A DNA stretch of 64,000 nucleotides. Source: Scyliorhinus canicula. Taxonomy: Eukaryota. The translations under genes were made by a program, and so were the position numbers. Below the pieces are notes generated by a model. That model was not told the origin of the DNA. It saw nothing but the letters and a program-made list of their open reading frames with translations, and made no database searches. The DNA is taken from NCBI RefSeq assembly GCF_902713615.1, contig NC_052151.1:220498863-220562862 (forward strand), written 5' to 3'. Positions 38,831 to 51,489 of this stretch are shown piece after piece. Numbering within the stretch: position 1 is the first letter of the stretch; every line of letters begins with the position of its first letter.

Positions 38831-39549
38831 TGTCGCGGAATATCCTCATCACTGAACCATGTGGCAATCATCCTGTTCAATCATCCTGTTCAAACTCGGC
38901 AGGACTCTCACGTGCTTTCTAAAATCTTGAAAGGTTTAGCTGCGGCCAATCCAGACATTGTTAAAGGTTAGGAGTAACCTCACTGCACTTGTACTTATGA
39001 AGTTCAATTCCGGCTTTCGATTGCCGGCCTTCTATGATCTCCTAATTTTTCGAGGTGCAGCCATTAAAATAACGTAGGAACGTCAGCTGTAGCGTTCTAT
39101 ACAGCAAGTCACAGAAATCTGCCAGTGGGATGTCCAAATGTCTATTTCCTCAGAGCGAATTCTGGATTGAGACATATCCATTGCCAATGACCGCCACCTC
39201 CGGTAATGCAATCTATCATTTCTGAGTTAGAACCGGCCTTCTGTACTGCGCCAAGACATTTACAAATATGCACAACACGGGAAAATGTAATATTTCTCAC
39301 TAGTTTGATCTATTGACGTGCCTTGGCACACGGCTGGTTGAGCGATCTCCAGACTCAGCCCGTCTCCTTATTGTGCCGTTTCCGCTGAGAGGGACAATTT
39401 GCCTGGTGGCAGGTTGCCCCGAACAAATTATCCGTGTCGCCACAAAAAAAGGCGGTGGCACTCACATTTCGAATGTTCTTCATGTGGTTCATTTACTAGA
39501 CGCGCCATTGGATTGGTTCGCCGAGTTTATGTATTTAAATACTTTGAGA

Positions 39550-39722
39550 GGCTGGTTTAGCACAGTGGTCTAAACAGCTGGCTTGTGATGCAGAACCAGG
39601 CAACAGCGCGGGTTCAATTCCCGTACCGGCCTCACCGAACATGCGCCGGAAAGTGGCGATTAGGGGCTTTTAAGAGTAACTTTATTGAAGCCTACTTGTG
39701 ACAATAAGCGACTATTATTATT
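39550..39722 (+). mobile_element. tRNA-derived SINE
   Basis: ggctggtttagcacagtgg...gggttcaattcccgtaccggcc...gtgacaataagcgactattatta. Confidence 0.82.
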
Positions 39723-41638
39723 ATTATTTTGGAATGTTTAAAGAAGGAGAGAAACGTCCAGTTGTGAATAAATGGGAGTAAATTTCGCATTCTGAAAGGG
39801 ATTGGACAAAGAAATTGAGATGTATCCTTGAATGTCTATGCAGAAGCGACGTGAATAGATCCTTCTTGTGAAGAGCTGATATTATCATGAGGGGCTAAAT
39901 GCCTTCCATCTGTTGGATCATTCGAAACATTTTACTGTTCATTGTCCCTCACCCAGGGGTTTTGACTGCTTCCACTATGCATCAGCAGTGGTTTCCATTA
40001 CAGAGGGACTGAATTACAGCTTCATCTGCCGTTTGATGGGCGATCTCCGACAGCATCAATTGACAAGAGGGAGGGGCCAATGATATTTCTATTTTGAAGG
40101 ATAATCAGCATTTAATCTTGGAGAGCTGTATGAAAATTCCCATGCGTTTTTAATGCGGCAAACATAAGATAGTTTCATTCATGTTAAATGAGGACGAAGC
40201 ATTGCCCAGACAACTCGCCGACAACCCTTCAGTACAGCACATCCCATAATGTTTCTGCCGTATCAATAGGGAAAAAATGCAGATCTTGCTACCACACTTA
40301 CAGAGAATGAAATTGTCAAAAAAAAGAAAAACAAGTCAATGCGGGAGACGAAAAGTCACAGTTGGGGAAGAATGTGCAGTGTAAAAAAGAGACATTATTA
40401 ACCTAATGATCACGTGAGGCATTGCTCAATCGTTGAATTGGCATGGACGACCTTCTGTCCCAATTTTACTCTGTATGATTCGGTCCAATATCTATTGGAC
40501 CAATGTGTTGTTATTTCCAAAAACACGTTGCACCATTCAGTAATTCTGAGGTCAACTAAAAACATATCCGTGATCAATGAAGCATTTCCCCATTATGGAA
40601 TGGTTTAGCTGCTGTCTGAATACAGTGGGTCATTTTAGCATAGCTAGTTCAGGGCTGCGTTAACAGTCCTGCTCAGTTTCTCCGCTCCAAAGATGAGTGC
40701 GAACATGCCGTAGGGCAGGTAATTAGCGAGTGGCAATGAGATAATTTAGAACTTATTGTTTTCCCTACAAGAAAAGGGCTCGATGAAAGTTAATTCCACA
40801 TATTCGGAATTGATTATAGAACAGTGTTTTTTTTTGCTATACTAGTAATCCAGAGACCCAGGTTCATACTCTGAGGATCCGAATTTGAATCAGAACACTG
40901 CAGATGGTATTTGAATTCAATTGGTAAACCGGAATGTTGTGGTAAAAAAGCGATCGAACTCACTTCCTTTCAGGAAGGAACTCTTCCGTCCATATCTGAA
41001 CTGGACTGCATTTGACTCCAGATAGACAGTGATGTGGTTGACTCTTTAATCGCCTCTTAAATGGATGAGCAAACCATCCAGTTCAAGGGCAATTAGCGAT
41101 GTGCCGTAAATGTTGGCCCAGCCAGCGACACGGGCATCCCGTGAGAGAAAACTAAAATGGTTAATAGGTCATAAAAATGTGGTACACATATAGGGAATTT
41201 AAAAGCCATATCTCGATAATTGTACAGGTATTTGTGGATAATTTGACAGTGACGTTAAGTTGACCAGGAATCCAGGAATACGGAAAAGACAGGAATCGCA
41301 CAAAGTCATGATGTTCATTTGGAGTGCCTGGTAAGAGGCAAAATTGCTTCCCTTGCGCTATACTTATTCTGTGATTCTGTGAATAGTTGAATAGTTCTCA
41401 GGTAAGTATAAAAGAAGTTTCCCTTGTTGAGGATCCAAACTACACGCAGTCAAGAATATTAGTAAGCATATAGACTCTGATTGGCTGTTTGAAACGAAGG
41501 GCAAGTCCATTCATGCCGCCGTCACTTCTCCTATGGTTTCCTTAATTACATTAAAATCGGCTCCTCACAAGACTGAATAAGGCAGCGATCGGCTACGGAT
41601 CTCGCTATCTCTGTTAATAGGGAGGTACATTCCAGAAA

Positions 41639-42069
41639 ATGTATTTCTTACTGGATCTTATAACTGTATTACGCGGTGAGAGATGCTGTTTAGATTGCTT
41701 TATCCGTCCTATCTTTCATTTAATGTCAATAAAGAACCTGTTTACTGACCTTCTGTCCCCATCTCTTTGCCAGAGGTTAACCCACAGACCATCCGTCAGA
41801 CTCCCGACGCTGCCTGTCGTCTTCCGCAGGAATCACTGAGGTTGTCTTGCTCTGTGGCGGGCACGAGTGCCCCTTATATGTACTGGTACAGACAATATCC
41901 AGGAAAGCAGCTGCAGTTGATATATTACTCTCAAACAACGGGGCACGAAATACCGGAGGGAAACGTGGACAATTTGAAGGCTGAGAGACGGAGTGATTCT
42001 GAATTCAACCTTATATTCTTCAGCCTGCAGTCTGATGACACGGCCGTGTACTACTGCGCCTGGAGTCTT
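41639..42069 (+). CDS. TRBV: TCR beta V segment, TRBV30-like (ends CAWS), intact reading frame
   Basis: Leader 41639-41675 (MYFLLDLITVLR), 98-nt phase-1 intron, V exon 41774-42069: VNPQTIRQTP..LSCSVAGTSAPYMYWYRQYPGKQLQLIYYS..AERRSDSEFNL..DDTAVYYCAWSL; inverted CCAAT (~41480) and inverted AGAAGTGACG (41520-41529) upstream. Confidence 0.9.
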
Positions 42070-42108
42070 CACAGTGATTCAGAAAGAAGCAACCACAGCA
42101 GCAAAGAT
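42070..42108 (+). other. 23-RSS with consensus heptamer and weak nonamer
   Basis: CACAGTG + 23 nt + AGCAAAGAT (or 24 nt + GCAAAGATT). Confidence 0.7.
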
Positions 42109-42999
42109 TGGTTCCGCACAAAACCGCGCGTTGCCAGTTCTTTTGGAGAGCATTTTGCAGGCCGGCAGTACTTTATCTAAAAAGTCGATATATTTGAACA
42201 GAAAGTGATAGCCGATTTGAGTTTCAGAAGTTAATTATCGCACTAAAAATAGGCACGTGGATGCTCCTCGTCTTTTTCTCCTCAAGCCATTCGCAAGAAT
42301 GCTAAATGTAAGGTGAGTAGCAATTAAAACTTCGTCGGCAGGAATGCTGATTGGCTGTCAGATTGATTTTTCTTTGTATGGAGACGTTGTCGTGGAGAAT
42401 GTCCAAGCTGACTGATTACTGACAGTTAACTTCCAAGCATTGTTGAACTTTAAATATGGCAGTTTGTAATCTTATTGGTCAATGCATTGACAAGAGAGCG
42501 TGGCTGTCATCCATTATTTGCAGTTGAAACAGGCGCACGCGTGTACACCTTTTCGCTGTCTGACCAACATGGCCCATGCATTGATATAGCTCGCACTGCC
42601 AGCGCAACTGCTAACCTAAAATTGCTCTTCAGCCCGTTCTGAGAAAACTCAAGGTTATTTAATGAATGATGTCCAATCACGGATTTAAACTTAATGTTGT
42701 GCGCTGTGTTTTTTGTTTCGAAAAAATCGGTTGGTTGGGTCCGCTCACTGTATTGTCTGTTGCCAACGGCCCAATGGCTATTTAATATTACCCGCCAGTC
42801 TTTGGGACGTGCGGCCGACATACCTCGCACCTCAACGTCAAGGAAATGCATATTCCATTCGTCGTTCGTCTGAGACACAGAACGTCAATTTCGCTTTCGG
42901 GCAGCATTCTGTTATTGGAAAAACACGCGTCCTGTTGCTCCATTATTGTACCAGCGGCAAATATGGATATTTGCCCATCGAGTCTGCACCGGCTCTTGG

Positions 43000-43285
43000 A
43001 AAGAGCACCCTGCCCAAGCCCACACCTCCACCCTATCCCCTTAACCCAGTAACCCCACCCAACACTAAGGGCAATTTTGGACACGAAGGGCAATTTACCA
43101 TGGCCAATCCACGTAATCCACATCGTTGGACTGTGGGAGGAAACCGGAGCAGCCGGAGGAAGCCCACGCACAGACGGGGAGGATGTGTAGAATCCGCACA
43201 GACAATGACCCAAGACGGAACCGAACCTGGGACCCTGGAGCTGTGAAGCAATTATGCTATCCACAATGCTGCCGTGCTGCCCACT
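43000..43285 (-). mobile_element. tRNA-derived SINE (HE1-like)
   Basis: Reverse of the head ...cgaacctgggaccctggagctgtgaagcaattatgctatccacaatgctgccgtgctgccc. Confidence 0.85.
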
Positions 43286-44349
43286 AACGTCTCGATTCAC
43301 CTGTTTGCCGAAGTGCGGCGCACATATGAATGCTGAAAGCTCGCACAAGCTGCCGGGTAAGTATAATATATAACGGTGAAAGCACAATGATGGTGCCGGA
43401 ACTGATATGTTGTATCGAACAGAATATCACGCATAGCTCCAGAATAATGGAAGAAGAGCGGAAGATCAATTTCCGTGCCCAACCTGAATATTTTCTTTTC
43501 TGGAACGAAGATGCAGCTGGTGCCCTCCGACTATTTGGAGGGAAGTCTGGGTCGGATCACAGCACAGATGGTGTAAAATGCACCAGCCAAGAATTGAATG
43601 TCTCACCAAAGGCTGACGATTCGCAAGTGGAGGCGAAGCTGTCGAGAGACCATGAGCTCTGCGACACCTGCTTCGGCTCAACCGTTCGAAAGTCTATTGA
43701 AAACCATTTAACCGCTAATTCAGACTCGCATTCATCATTTTTGAAAAAAATGAAATTGTTCGTAATTAACCCTTTAATTGCCAGGCAGAGCTGGACCCTC
43801 GGAGCATAATAGTTCTGTTACTGAACTAATAATTCAGTGACCTGGAGAATCGACCGATATATTCATTCACATCAAGTCCTCTGCAATGCAAGTTAAACGC
43901 AGTTAAATTAATATAATACTGAAATGGCAATAGAATTCCATAATCATTGCCAGGAAGCTACTCGATTGCTGGAAAACCCATTCTGATCGTCGATCTTGAC
44001 GAATGGAAGTCGGTCATCCATACCTCAGCCCCTATGACGACATATCGACAACTGATATGGCCCAACATGTTTTCGGCGATGCGCAAGGAACCGGTTAACC
44101 ACTATCATCGCCAATGCAATTAGTAACAGTTGCACTCACGATAATGTACGTCGACATGAGAGCAAGTTCTGTTTGAACAGTGCCTGCAACGCATGGCCAC
44201 AATTGCTTTCTGTCTCTCTTGCTCTCTCTCTCTCTGTCTATCGATTGCCACTTCGAAACTACGGCGTTCCCTTAGCTCACAAACCAAACTGGAACAGGTA
44301 AACTAACACATTGGTTTAAAATGCTCAACTGTTGTACAGGAAAATATCT

Positions 44350-44580
44350 TCATAAAATCATAGTGTTTACTGTGCAGAAGGAGGCCATTCGGCTCATCGA
44401 GGCTACACCTGCCCGTAAAAGAGCACCCTACCTAAATCCACACCTCCACACGACCCCCGTTACCCAGAAACCCCACCTAATTTTTTGGACACTACTGGGC
44501 AATTTAGCGTGACCAATCCACCTAACCTGCACATCTGTGGACAGTGGGAGGAGAGCAGAGCACCAGAAGGAAACCCACAC
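44350..44580 (-). mobile_element. Partial SINE (HE1-like)
   Basis: ggcaatttagcgtgaccaatccacctaacctgcacatc. Confidence 0.75.
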
Positions 44581-44745
44581 GTGACGGCTTCAGATGTCCC
44601 ACGTAAATCTAATTCACAGCGTTAAGATTATAACCGACTCTCAGCCTGTTTCCCACTCATCCCTGTATTAGAATCTTAGGATTCTGTCCCGTCCCAGATT
44701 CTGGAACTTAATAACAAGCGTGAAACTCGCATTCTGAACAATATT
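44581..44745 (+). pseudogene. Relic of a further TRBV unit: 3' half of leader exon plus start of intron; V exon absent
   Basis: gtgacggcttcagatgtcccac|gtaaat vs gtgatggtttcagttttcccag|gtaagt; next ~140 nt match the leader introns at 9355, 12194 and 45919. Confidence 0.7.
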
Positions 44746-45737
44746 GTGTATCGCACCAACAGCAAGCCTTCCAGTCGGTGTCAGTTCTCAGAGATGTAAT
44801 CATTCAGTCCCACACATATTCAGCTCAGCCTGTGAACATTATCTTCGAATCATTTATACCAACCATCCTTATCTATGTTCCCGATAAATCATGTATGGCA
44901 ATTGCTTCAATTAATTGACAAAAATATAAAGCTGGTATTGAATGTCAGTTTCAGTATGATGACCCTCAACCTATCATAGAGAGCGCCAATCTCCGGTTCA
45001 TGAATGTCCTTCCGGGAGAATAGCAGCCATCCATAATTGGCTCAGAGTGCATGGAACTGAATGCATGACACAGAGCAAAATTGCTCCCTAGTAACACTAC
45101 TGTTCAACTGTCCAGAAAGGACTCGGTTAAACCAAACTATTGCGTAATAGACTGTTGAGACCAAGGAAGACTACTCATCACGACCATCTGAAGGACAATC
45201 AAAGGTGGTCTATATATAGTGCCTAGGCGCCTCACGCACAAGCCATGCAATAAAACATTTTCACTGTCTATCACTCTGCACATTTCTTTCGTGCTTCATT
45301 TGTTTTAGCTGAATGCGTCCATCTGGTTAAGCGTTTTTGTTATCCTTCGACTTTGTCACCACAATCCCATCCATTTCACACCCACATGTTCATTTCAGGT
45401 CGGAGTTTCTTTTGCATTCAGTTAGTTATCCAATTATTCTTTGAAATTTGCTTTTCTTCATCTCATACCACACGGTCAGTACTTGTATTCAGATCATGAT
45501 ATCTAGCTGCATTGAAATAAATGTTATCTGCTGTATTAATGAGTTTCGCGCCAAGTGTCTTAAATTATCATTATTGTGGGGACACTTTATTTACGGACCA
45601 GCCGCGAGATTGCTACTCATTTACAATATTGACATTCTTCTGAGACTTATTCACTGTTATCATTTTCCATCAGATCACACTACTTTATCATTCTACATTG
45701 TTGCGCAAAAACTTTCCGAGATTGATCTTGGATTCGG

Positions 45738-45751
45738 AAGAAGTGACGTCG
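45738..45751 (+). promoter_or_regulatory. Variant V-beta decamer/CRE (AGTGACGTCG at 45742), with a second CRE-like TTACGTCA at 45790-45797
   Basis: Positionally homologous to 9178 and 12018. Confidence 0.65.
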
Positions 45752-45866
45752 GTATAATAATTACGACCGGATGATCCTCAGATATTTATTTACGTCAGAG
45801 ACACTGTCTTCCCAGATGCATTGAAATTCACTCGGTTCACATACCCTGCTGGCCCCGAATGAAAAT

Positions 45867-46929
45867 ATGCTGTTGCAAGACGTTTATTGTCTCATGGTGA
45901 TGGTTTCAGTTTCCCCAGGTAAGTTTAAGTCACAGCATTCAAATGATACCTGGAGCTCGTCCTTCCTACTCATCCCTGTATTAGAATCATATGATTCTGT
46001 CACAGCCCAGCTTCTGGAACTGAATAACAAGGGTGGTACTCGCATTCTGTGCTTCGGGCTTTCCTGTACAGGAAAATGACACCATAACCCTATTCAGAGA
46101 ACAATAGAGTGCTCTGCCCCGTGCCCCGTTGGCAAAGATTATATGGGAAACGACCATCAAAATGTCACCACACACTGTTCGCCTTTACTTTGCTGTTTGG
46201 TGGACCTTGCTGTCCTATAATTGGTCGGGGCGTTTGGGCTTGATAGCAGCGGTTGCATCGTTATTTTAAATGCGATGGTTCATTGATTGAAAAAAACCCA
46301 GTTTCGGTATAGAACATAGAACATTACAGCGCAGTACAGGCCCTTCGACCCTCGATGTCGCGCCGTCCTAAGAACCCCCTCTAAAGTCCCTCTACACTAT
46401 TGCCTTATTGTCCATATGCCTCTCCAATGCCCATTTGAATGTGTTTAGTGTTGGCGAGTCCACTACTGTTGCAGGCAGGGCATTCCACGCCCTTACTACA
46501 CTTTGAGTAAAGAACCTACCTCTGACATCTGTCCTATGCAAACAATTCTTCACTTCGGTATTACTTCTTTATATGACATCATTATTCCAAAGACTTATCG
46601 ATTTTATTGGTATCTACCCTTTATCCGTTCAACAGTAATTTACGCCTCCTATGTGGAACAGTCGCCTTCTGTCGTGTCGGTAGAAACAGGACAATCGAAG
46701 ACACTCAGGTGCAATCTTAAACAGAGTAGCTGCACTATTTTGTACTGGTACAGACAACGGCAAAGCCGGGCAATTGAACTTCTGTTTTATTCTTCTGGAG
46801 GAGGGGTTCTTGAAAGTTACACATCCGAGTCGTTTGAAGGAGAAAGACCCACAATTACAGAGTATATTCTGAAACTGAACGGCAGCAATCGATCTCACAC
46901 TGCTGTCTACCTCTGTGCTTGTCGGACCG
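45867..46929 (+). CDS. TRBV: TCR beta V segment, intact reading frame (family of 12142)
   Basis: Leader 45867-45918 (MLLQDVYCLMVMVSVSP), phase-1 intron with CR1-tail insertion ~46310-46530, V exon 46636-46929: IYASYVEQSPSVV..RCNLKQSSCTILYWYRQ..HTAVYLCACRT. Confidence 0.88.
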
Positions 46930-46968
46930 CACGGCGTTTCAGAATTCGGGTGTGAAGCTTCAAAACCT
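46930..46968 (+). other. Degenerate 23-RSS
   Basis: CACGGCG + 23 nt + TCAAAACCT; spacer nearly identical to the 12956 spacer. Confidence 0.7.
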
Positions 46969-48027
46969 GCATCGTCCAGGTGCAGTGTTCACTTTCCACC
47001 ATCCGGTGGCAGCAGTAGATTGATCTCCCGGGCACATATTCTGCCCCCTGACCCAGGAACCGCACATTAATTTGGTGAAAAGCAAGCCACCCGAACCATC
47101 GGGGGCATTCCAGTGAAATCAGAACACCGTCGCACACCTCTTGCAAAAGGTCACATGGACCTCCATTCGGCCGCATAATCGGTTCCGTTAGTTCTTTGGA
47201 CCAGGGCGGACCACAGCTCTTACTCTACGGCTTCCGCCACCTTTTGTAACATAATTAGCAATGGCATCCAACATTAGTGTGCATTAAATCTTGATTTTAC
47301 CTTCAGTACCCATCGATTTTGCTCGGAGTAGCGAGAATCGAATTCTTAAATTAGACCCAGACATTCGAATTTGGCACCAGGAAACAAAAGCATTTATTGT
47401 AAACATCAAAACAAATTGAGTAGTCCACGGTTCAATATTGTAATATCAAACGAAATGAAGCTGATTATATTCATCCTGCCCCACCATTTATATCCAGCCT
47501 GCTCAACAGAACAGATTGACAGACTACAAGTTCAGAATCCTGGAGCGTTCAACATACAAGAGTTCAGACTTCACTGTTACTGTCATTTAGACGGATATCG
47601 CAGTGGTGCCCTTCAGGAAAGAAATCTACCGTGCCTAGCTGGTTGAGAAAACATGATGCAGACACACATCAATGTGGCGGAATCTTATCTGTTCTGTCAC
47701 ATGGCTCAGGACACCATGGGAAATAGGAAATCGTTAAAAATGTGAATATTTTCAGTAAGACGTCCACGTTACCAGGAAGAGTTAGGGGTCAGCACAGAAA
47801 TATGCCTTTCAGCCTACTAAGCACACTCCGCTCATCAAATCCCAATCTGTGTAAATCCCTTTTAGAAGCACTTAACCCATAGCCTACAATGGTTTGGCGA
47901 TTAAAGGAATCGTCCAGATGCTTCTTAACTGCTGCGAGAGAACATGCCTCTCCCACACTCTCAGACAACGCCTTCCCTCTTTCGAATACTCGTTGCGTGA
48001 ATACAATGTTTCATCGAGTTCTCCCCG

Positions 48028-48375
48028 TGTGGGCAGCACGGTAGTATTGTGGATAGCACAATTGCTTCACAGCTTCAGGGTCCCAGGTTCGATTCCGGCT
48101 TGGGTCACTGTCTGTGTGGAGTCTGCACATCCTCCCCGTGTGTGTGGGTTTCGTCCGGCTGCTCCGGTTTCCTCGTACAGTCGAAAGACGTGCAGGTTAG
48201 GTGGATTGGCCATGATAAATTGCCCTTAGTGTCCAAAATTGCCCTTAGTGTTGGGTGTGGTTATTGGGTCAAGGGGATAGGATGGAAGTGTTGACCTTGG
48301 GTAGGGTGATCTTTCGAAGAGCTGGTGCAGATTCGATGGGCCGAATGGCCTCCTTCTGCATTGTAAATTCTATGA
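48028..48375 (+). mobile_element. tRNA-derived SINE (HE1-like), full length
   Basis: gggcagcacggtagtattgtggatagcac...gttcgattccggc...gcattgtaaattctatgatt. Confidence 0.88.
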
Positions 48376-48399
48376 TTACAAAAAGCTTAGTCCGTATCT

Positions 48400-49400
48400 T
48401 AAAACTCTTCCTTCAGACCTCAGAGAACTTTACCATGGGGAAAAGATTCTTACCAGCTACCCTATATATGCCTCTCATAATTTTTATACCAATACCAGAT
48501 GTCCCCTCAACCTCCTCTCCTCGTGGAAAACTAATCCTGCCTCTCCAGGCTCTCCTCACAGTTGAAACTTTATATCCAAGACAACAGCCTGTTGAATATC
48601 CTCTGTACCGCTTCCAGTGAAATATCGTTGTTCGATGGTGTGGTGACCACACCTGCACACAGTGTTACATCTATGGCCTGAGCTGTATTTTACCAAGTTA
48701 TGCCAAGATTCCCCAGCTACTATAATCAATGCCTCTGTGGGAGAAGGAAAACATTTCACAAGCATTCGATCGTTATCACCCGATCTACCTGTGCCTCCAC
48801 CTTGCAGGATAAGGACATGTATGTCAAGAAACTTTTGTTCCTCAATACTACAGTTCATTATGTATATTCTACCCTTCTTAAAACTCCCAATGTGCATCAA
48901 CTCACACTTATCAGGATTCAATTCCATCTGCCGATACTCTGCCTAACTTCCCCTGATTAATATCAGTCTGTAGCCGAGGACTATCCTCCTCACTATCAAT
49001 CACACCACCAATTCACTTATCACCTGCAAATGTACTAATTACACAGTCTAAATCTACTCCCAAGTCGTTAATGAATACAACAAACAGCAAAGTTTCCAAC
49101 ACCGACCCCATAGTTGCCCCGCTGGCCACAGGCTTCAAGTCACAAATGCAACCCAACACCCTTCGTCTCCTATTAACACGCCAATTTTAGATCCGATTTT
49201 CCAATTTGCCTTGGATCCCATGAGGTGTAACGTTTTGGGCGAGCCTTCGGAATGGATCGTTGTCAAAGGCCTTAGTGGACGCCATTTAAAACACATCAGC
49301 TGCACGACACACATCGTTATTGGTTACGACACCCTGGGAATATTCGCAAACAATTTCAAACGCACATGCCCTGGAGTCCCATACAAGTGGATTAACGAAT
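48400..49400 (-). mobile_element. Old CR1 LINE fragment
   Basis: Minus ORF MELNPDKCELMHIG..SSGHRCNTVCRCGH (CR1 RT C-terminus). Confidence 0.7.
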
Positions 49401-50869
49401 CAACTGTATAACACTTTCCCAAAGTCCTTTGCACTTGACTGCCCGATAATTTACAGTCACCATGTTTGTAATTTGAAACATAATTACTGTTTATTTATTA
49501 TAAAAATAAAGTTGAAATATGTAGTAATTTGAGCTGGATAACAAGCAAGCTTACCTACTACCCCATTTTAACCGTTCCACCCTCTACCCACACACGGGGT
49601 AAAATAATAAGGATTAAGGTGAATAGGATAAGAGCCCTGAATTTGGAAAATGACTTCTTTGCAGCAGGCCCTCCTCTCGGCACGCTATTTTATCGATGCC
49701 ACCAGTGTACAATTATGATGGTCTTATTGCAGGAACATCCATTCATTACTCATAGTCAGCAGGATGTCTTCTGGAAAGACATTTTAATCTTTTCTTATCT
49801 TGGCGATGAACCCAAAAAGCCAACCTTTGAGTCTGTTGCTCTCATAAAACTCTTTGCATAGCATCAGATCAAGCTTCCAGTTCCTGTTATAATCTCAATC
49901 TTTGAAGTTTTAATTAAATGACATCCAGCCTTTCTGGGGAGGAATTATTCATCAGATCGTTATGAGGGAGAGAGTTAGAGCTCCTCCATCCAGGCTTTAG
50001 AATCCAAAGTGAAGCCAAAATCAGTCTTGTCACACTGAGAAACAATTAAACGAAAGCAGAACCGATGACCACTTGTCATCAGCAAAACTCAGTATTGCGT
50101 CAGAGTTCATCGCCAGCCACGTAAGTGGAACTGAGTCATCAATGGTTTCTCTTGCTTGAATTAAAGGCACAGGTCCATTAATCGTCCAGTAATCAAAATT
50201 GTAAGAGCAAAAAAAAGTTAAAGAAAGAAGACACCAAGAACAAACAATGTTTAAAGAGAAGGCTGCTTACATGCCTCTCCTCCGAAAAGGATGAAACTTT
50301 TGGATATCAATGTTCCATTGTGAGGTATGCAATAAAGAAAACACAAATGCATACCCATATAACTAAGCCCCATTATGCAAATCCCCTTCTTAGTCTCTGC
50401 ATTAGTAATGATTCAACCTTTAACATTCGGCAAAGCATCCGTGACAATATGATCTTTTCTGGGAATATGTACAATTATTAACATTGAACTGCTTTCGTGA
50501 TCAAGTCCACTGCAATATTCCTGCCTTCCAGCTTTTTAACCTTTCCATAAACGCAAGTGGATTATAGTCTGTAAATGTGCAATGTGGCGAGCACACAATC
50601 GTCATCCGATATGACCGTCGGTCCCGCAAACCCTTCTTGGTATTCCACGGAGGACAGCGACTTTGCTGGCTGGCTCGGTGGCGTAGTGGTTAGCACTGCT
50701 ACCGCATGGTGCCGAGGACCCGGAGTTCGATCCCAAGTGATACGAAGGTGGAGCAAACGATTGTACAGCCTGATCAAGAGTTGATTGATAAGAATGTTCC
50801 AGATCTCTTTGAATGATTTACTTGTGAGGGGAATGTTTATTCATGTGTACTAGGAAGAGTAGGTAAAAA

Positions 50870-51480
50870 GAGTCACAATTTTAAGAAATACGGGAGCAAG
50901 TCAATATTTAATGATATGAGATGAAGAGTTTGGGAGGAATATTGCAAGAAAAGGTGTTAATATGTGGAATTCAGGTTCGGAAGAGGAGTATTGTGTAAGG
51001 TTGCCATTATGTAAGGTAAGGTTACCATTATGTAAAGTAAGGTTGGAAAGTCCAGTGAAGAGTGGTGGTGGTAGGCGGAGTAACAGAGAAACTATCTTGT
51101 CCAGGAATACAGTTTATCTTGGGTAATTATATAGCTGGATAGCAGGTGGGTGTGATGCCTACTCTGGTTGATAATCCAGTGGAAAATCAGACAACTGAAA
51201 TTTTGAAGGAAGAATATCCTGGGATTTTTCTGGATTGTGTAGCCACATGGTCGCAATGTCATAGGTCAAGGAAAGAGGATGAATCAAGGAGTGAAGATAA
51301 AGTTGAAGGTCAATTATCAGAAACGTTTTTTGATCAGTTGATTGGAAAATAACAAGAATAGGTGGGGGGTGAGGCGGATATTTTTACTTCAGGAAAATTG
51401 GTGGTGTTCCAACAGAAAGATATAGAAATGAAACGGGTGTGACAGAAAACATACACAGAAGAGGAATCTGAGTATATAGC
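50870..51480 (+). mobile_element. Decayed Gypsy-type pol remnant
   Basis: EEYPGIFLDCVATWSQ..VEGQLSETFFDQ resembles the post-RT linker of this Gypsy family; from recollection. Confidence 0.45.
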
Positions 51481-51489
51481 AGAATGTTA

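Larger units (their letters stand above)
30480..50480 (+). repeat. Segmental duplication copy B (paralogous to ~950-16200)
   Basis: See copy A; carries an extra CR1 (31548-36176) and an extra ~3.5 kb block (37380-40840). Confidence 0.85.

Noticed and set aside
41340-41407. Strong donor ctcag|gtaagt as the leader of the 41774 V
   Set aside because: All frames upstream contain stops and it is not conserved in copy A; the exon at 41639 fits better
42713-43809. Long overlapping ORFs of 159-199 aa
   Set aside because: They span a SINE and non-coding sequence, have no recognisable domain, and are not preserved in the paralogous copy
50670-50745. tRNA-like sequence with A and B boxes
   Set aside because: Matches SINE heads elsewhere in the window; no complete cloverleaf evident
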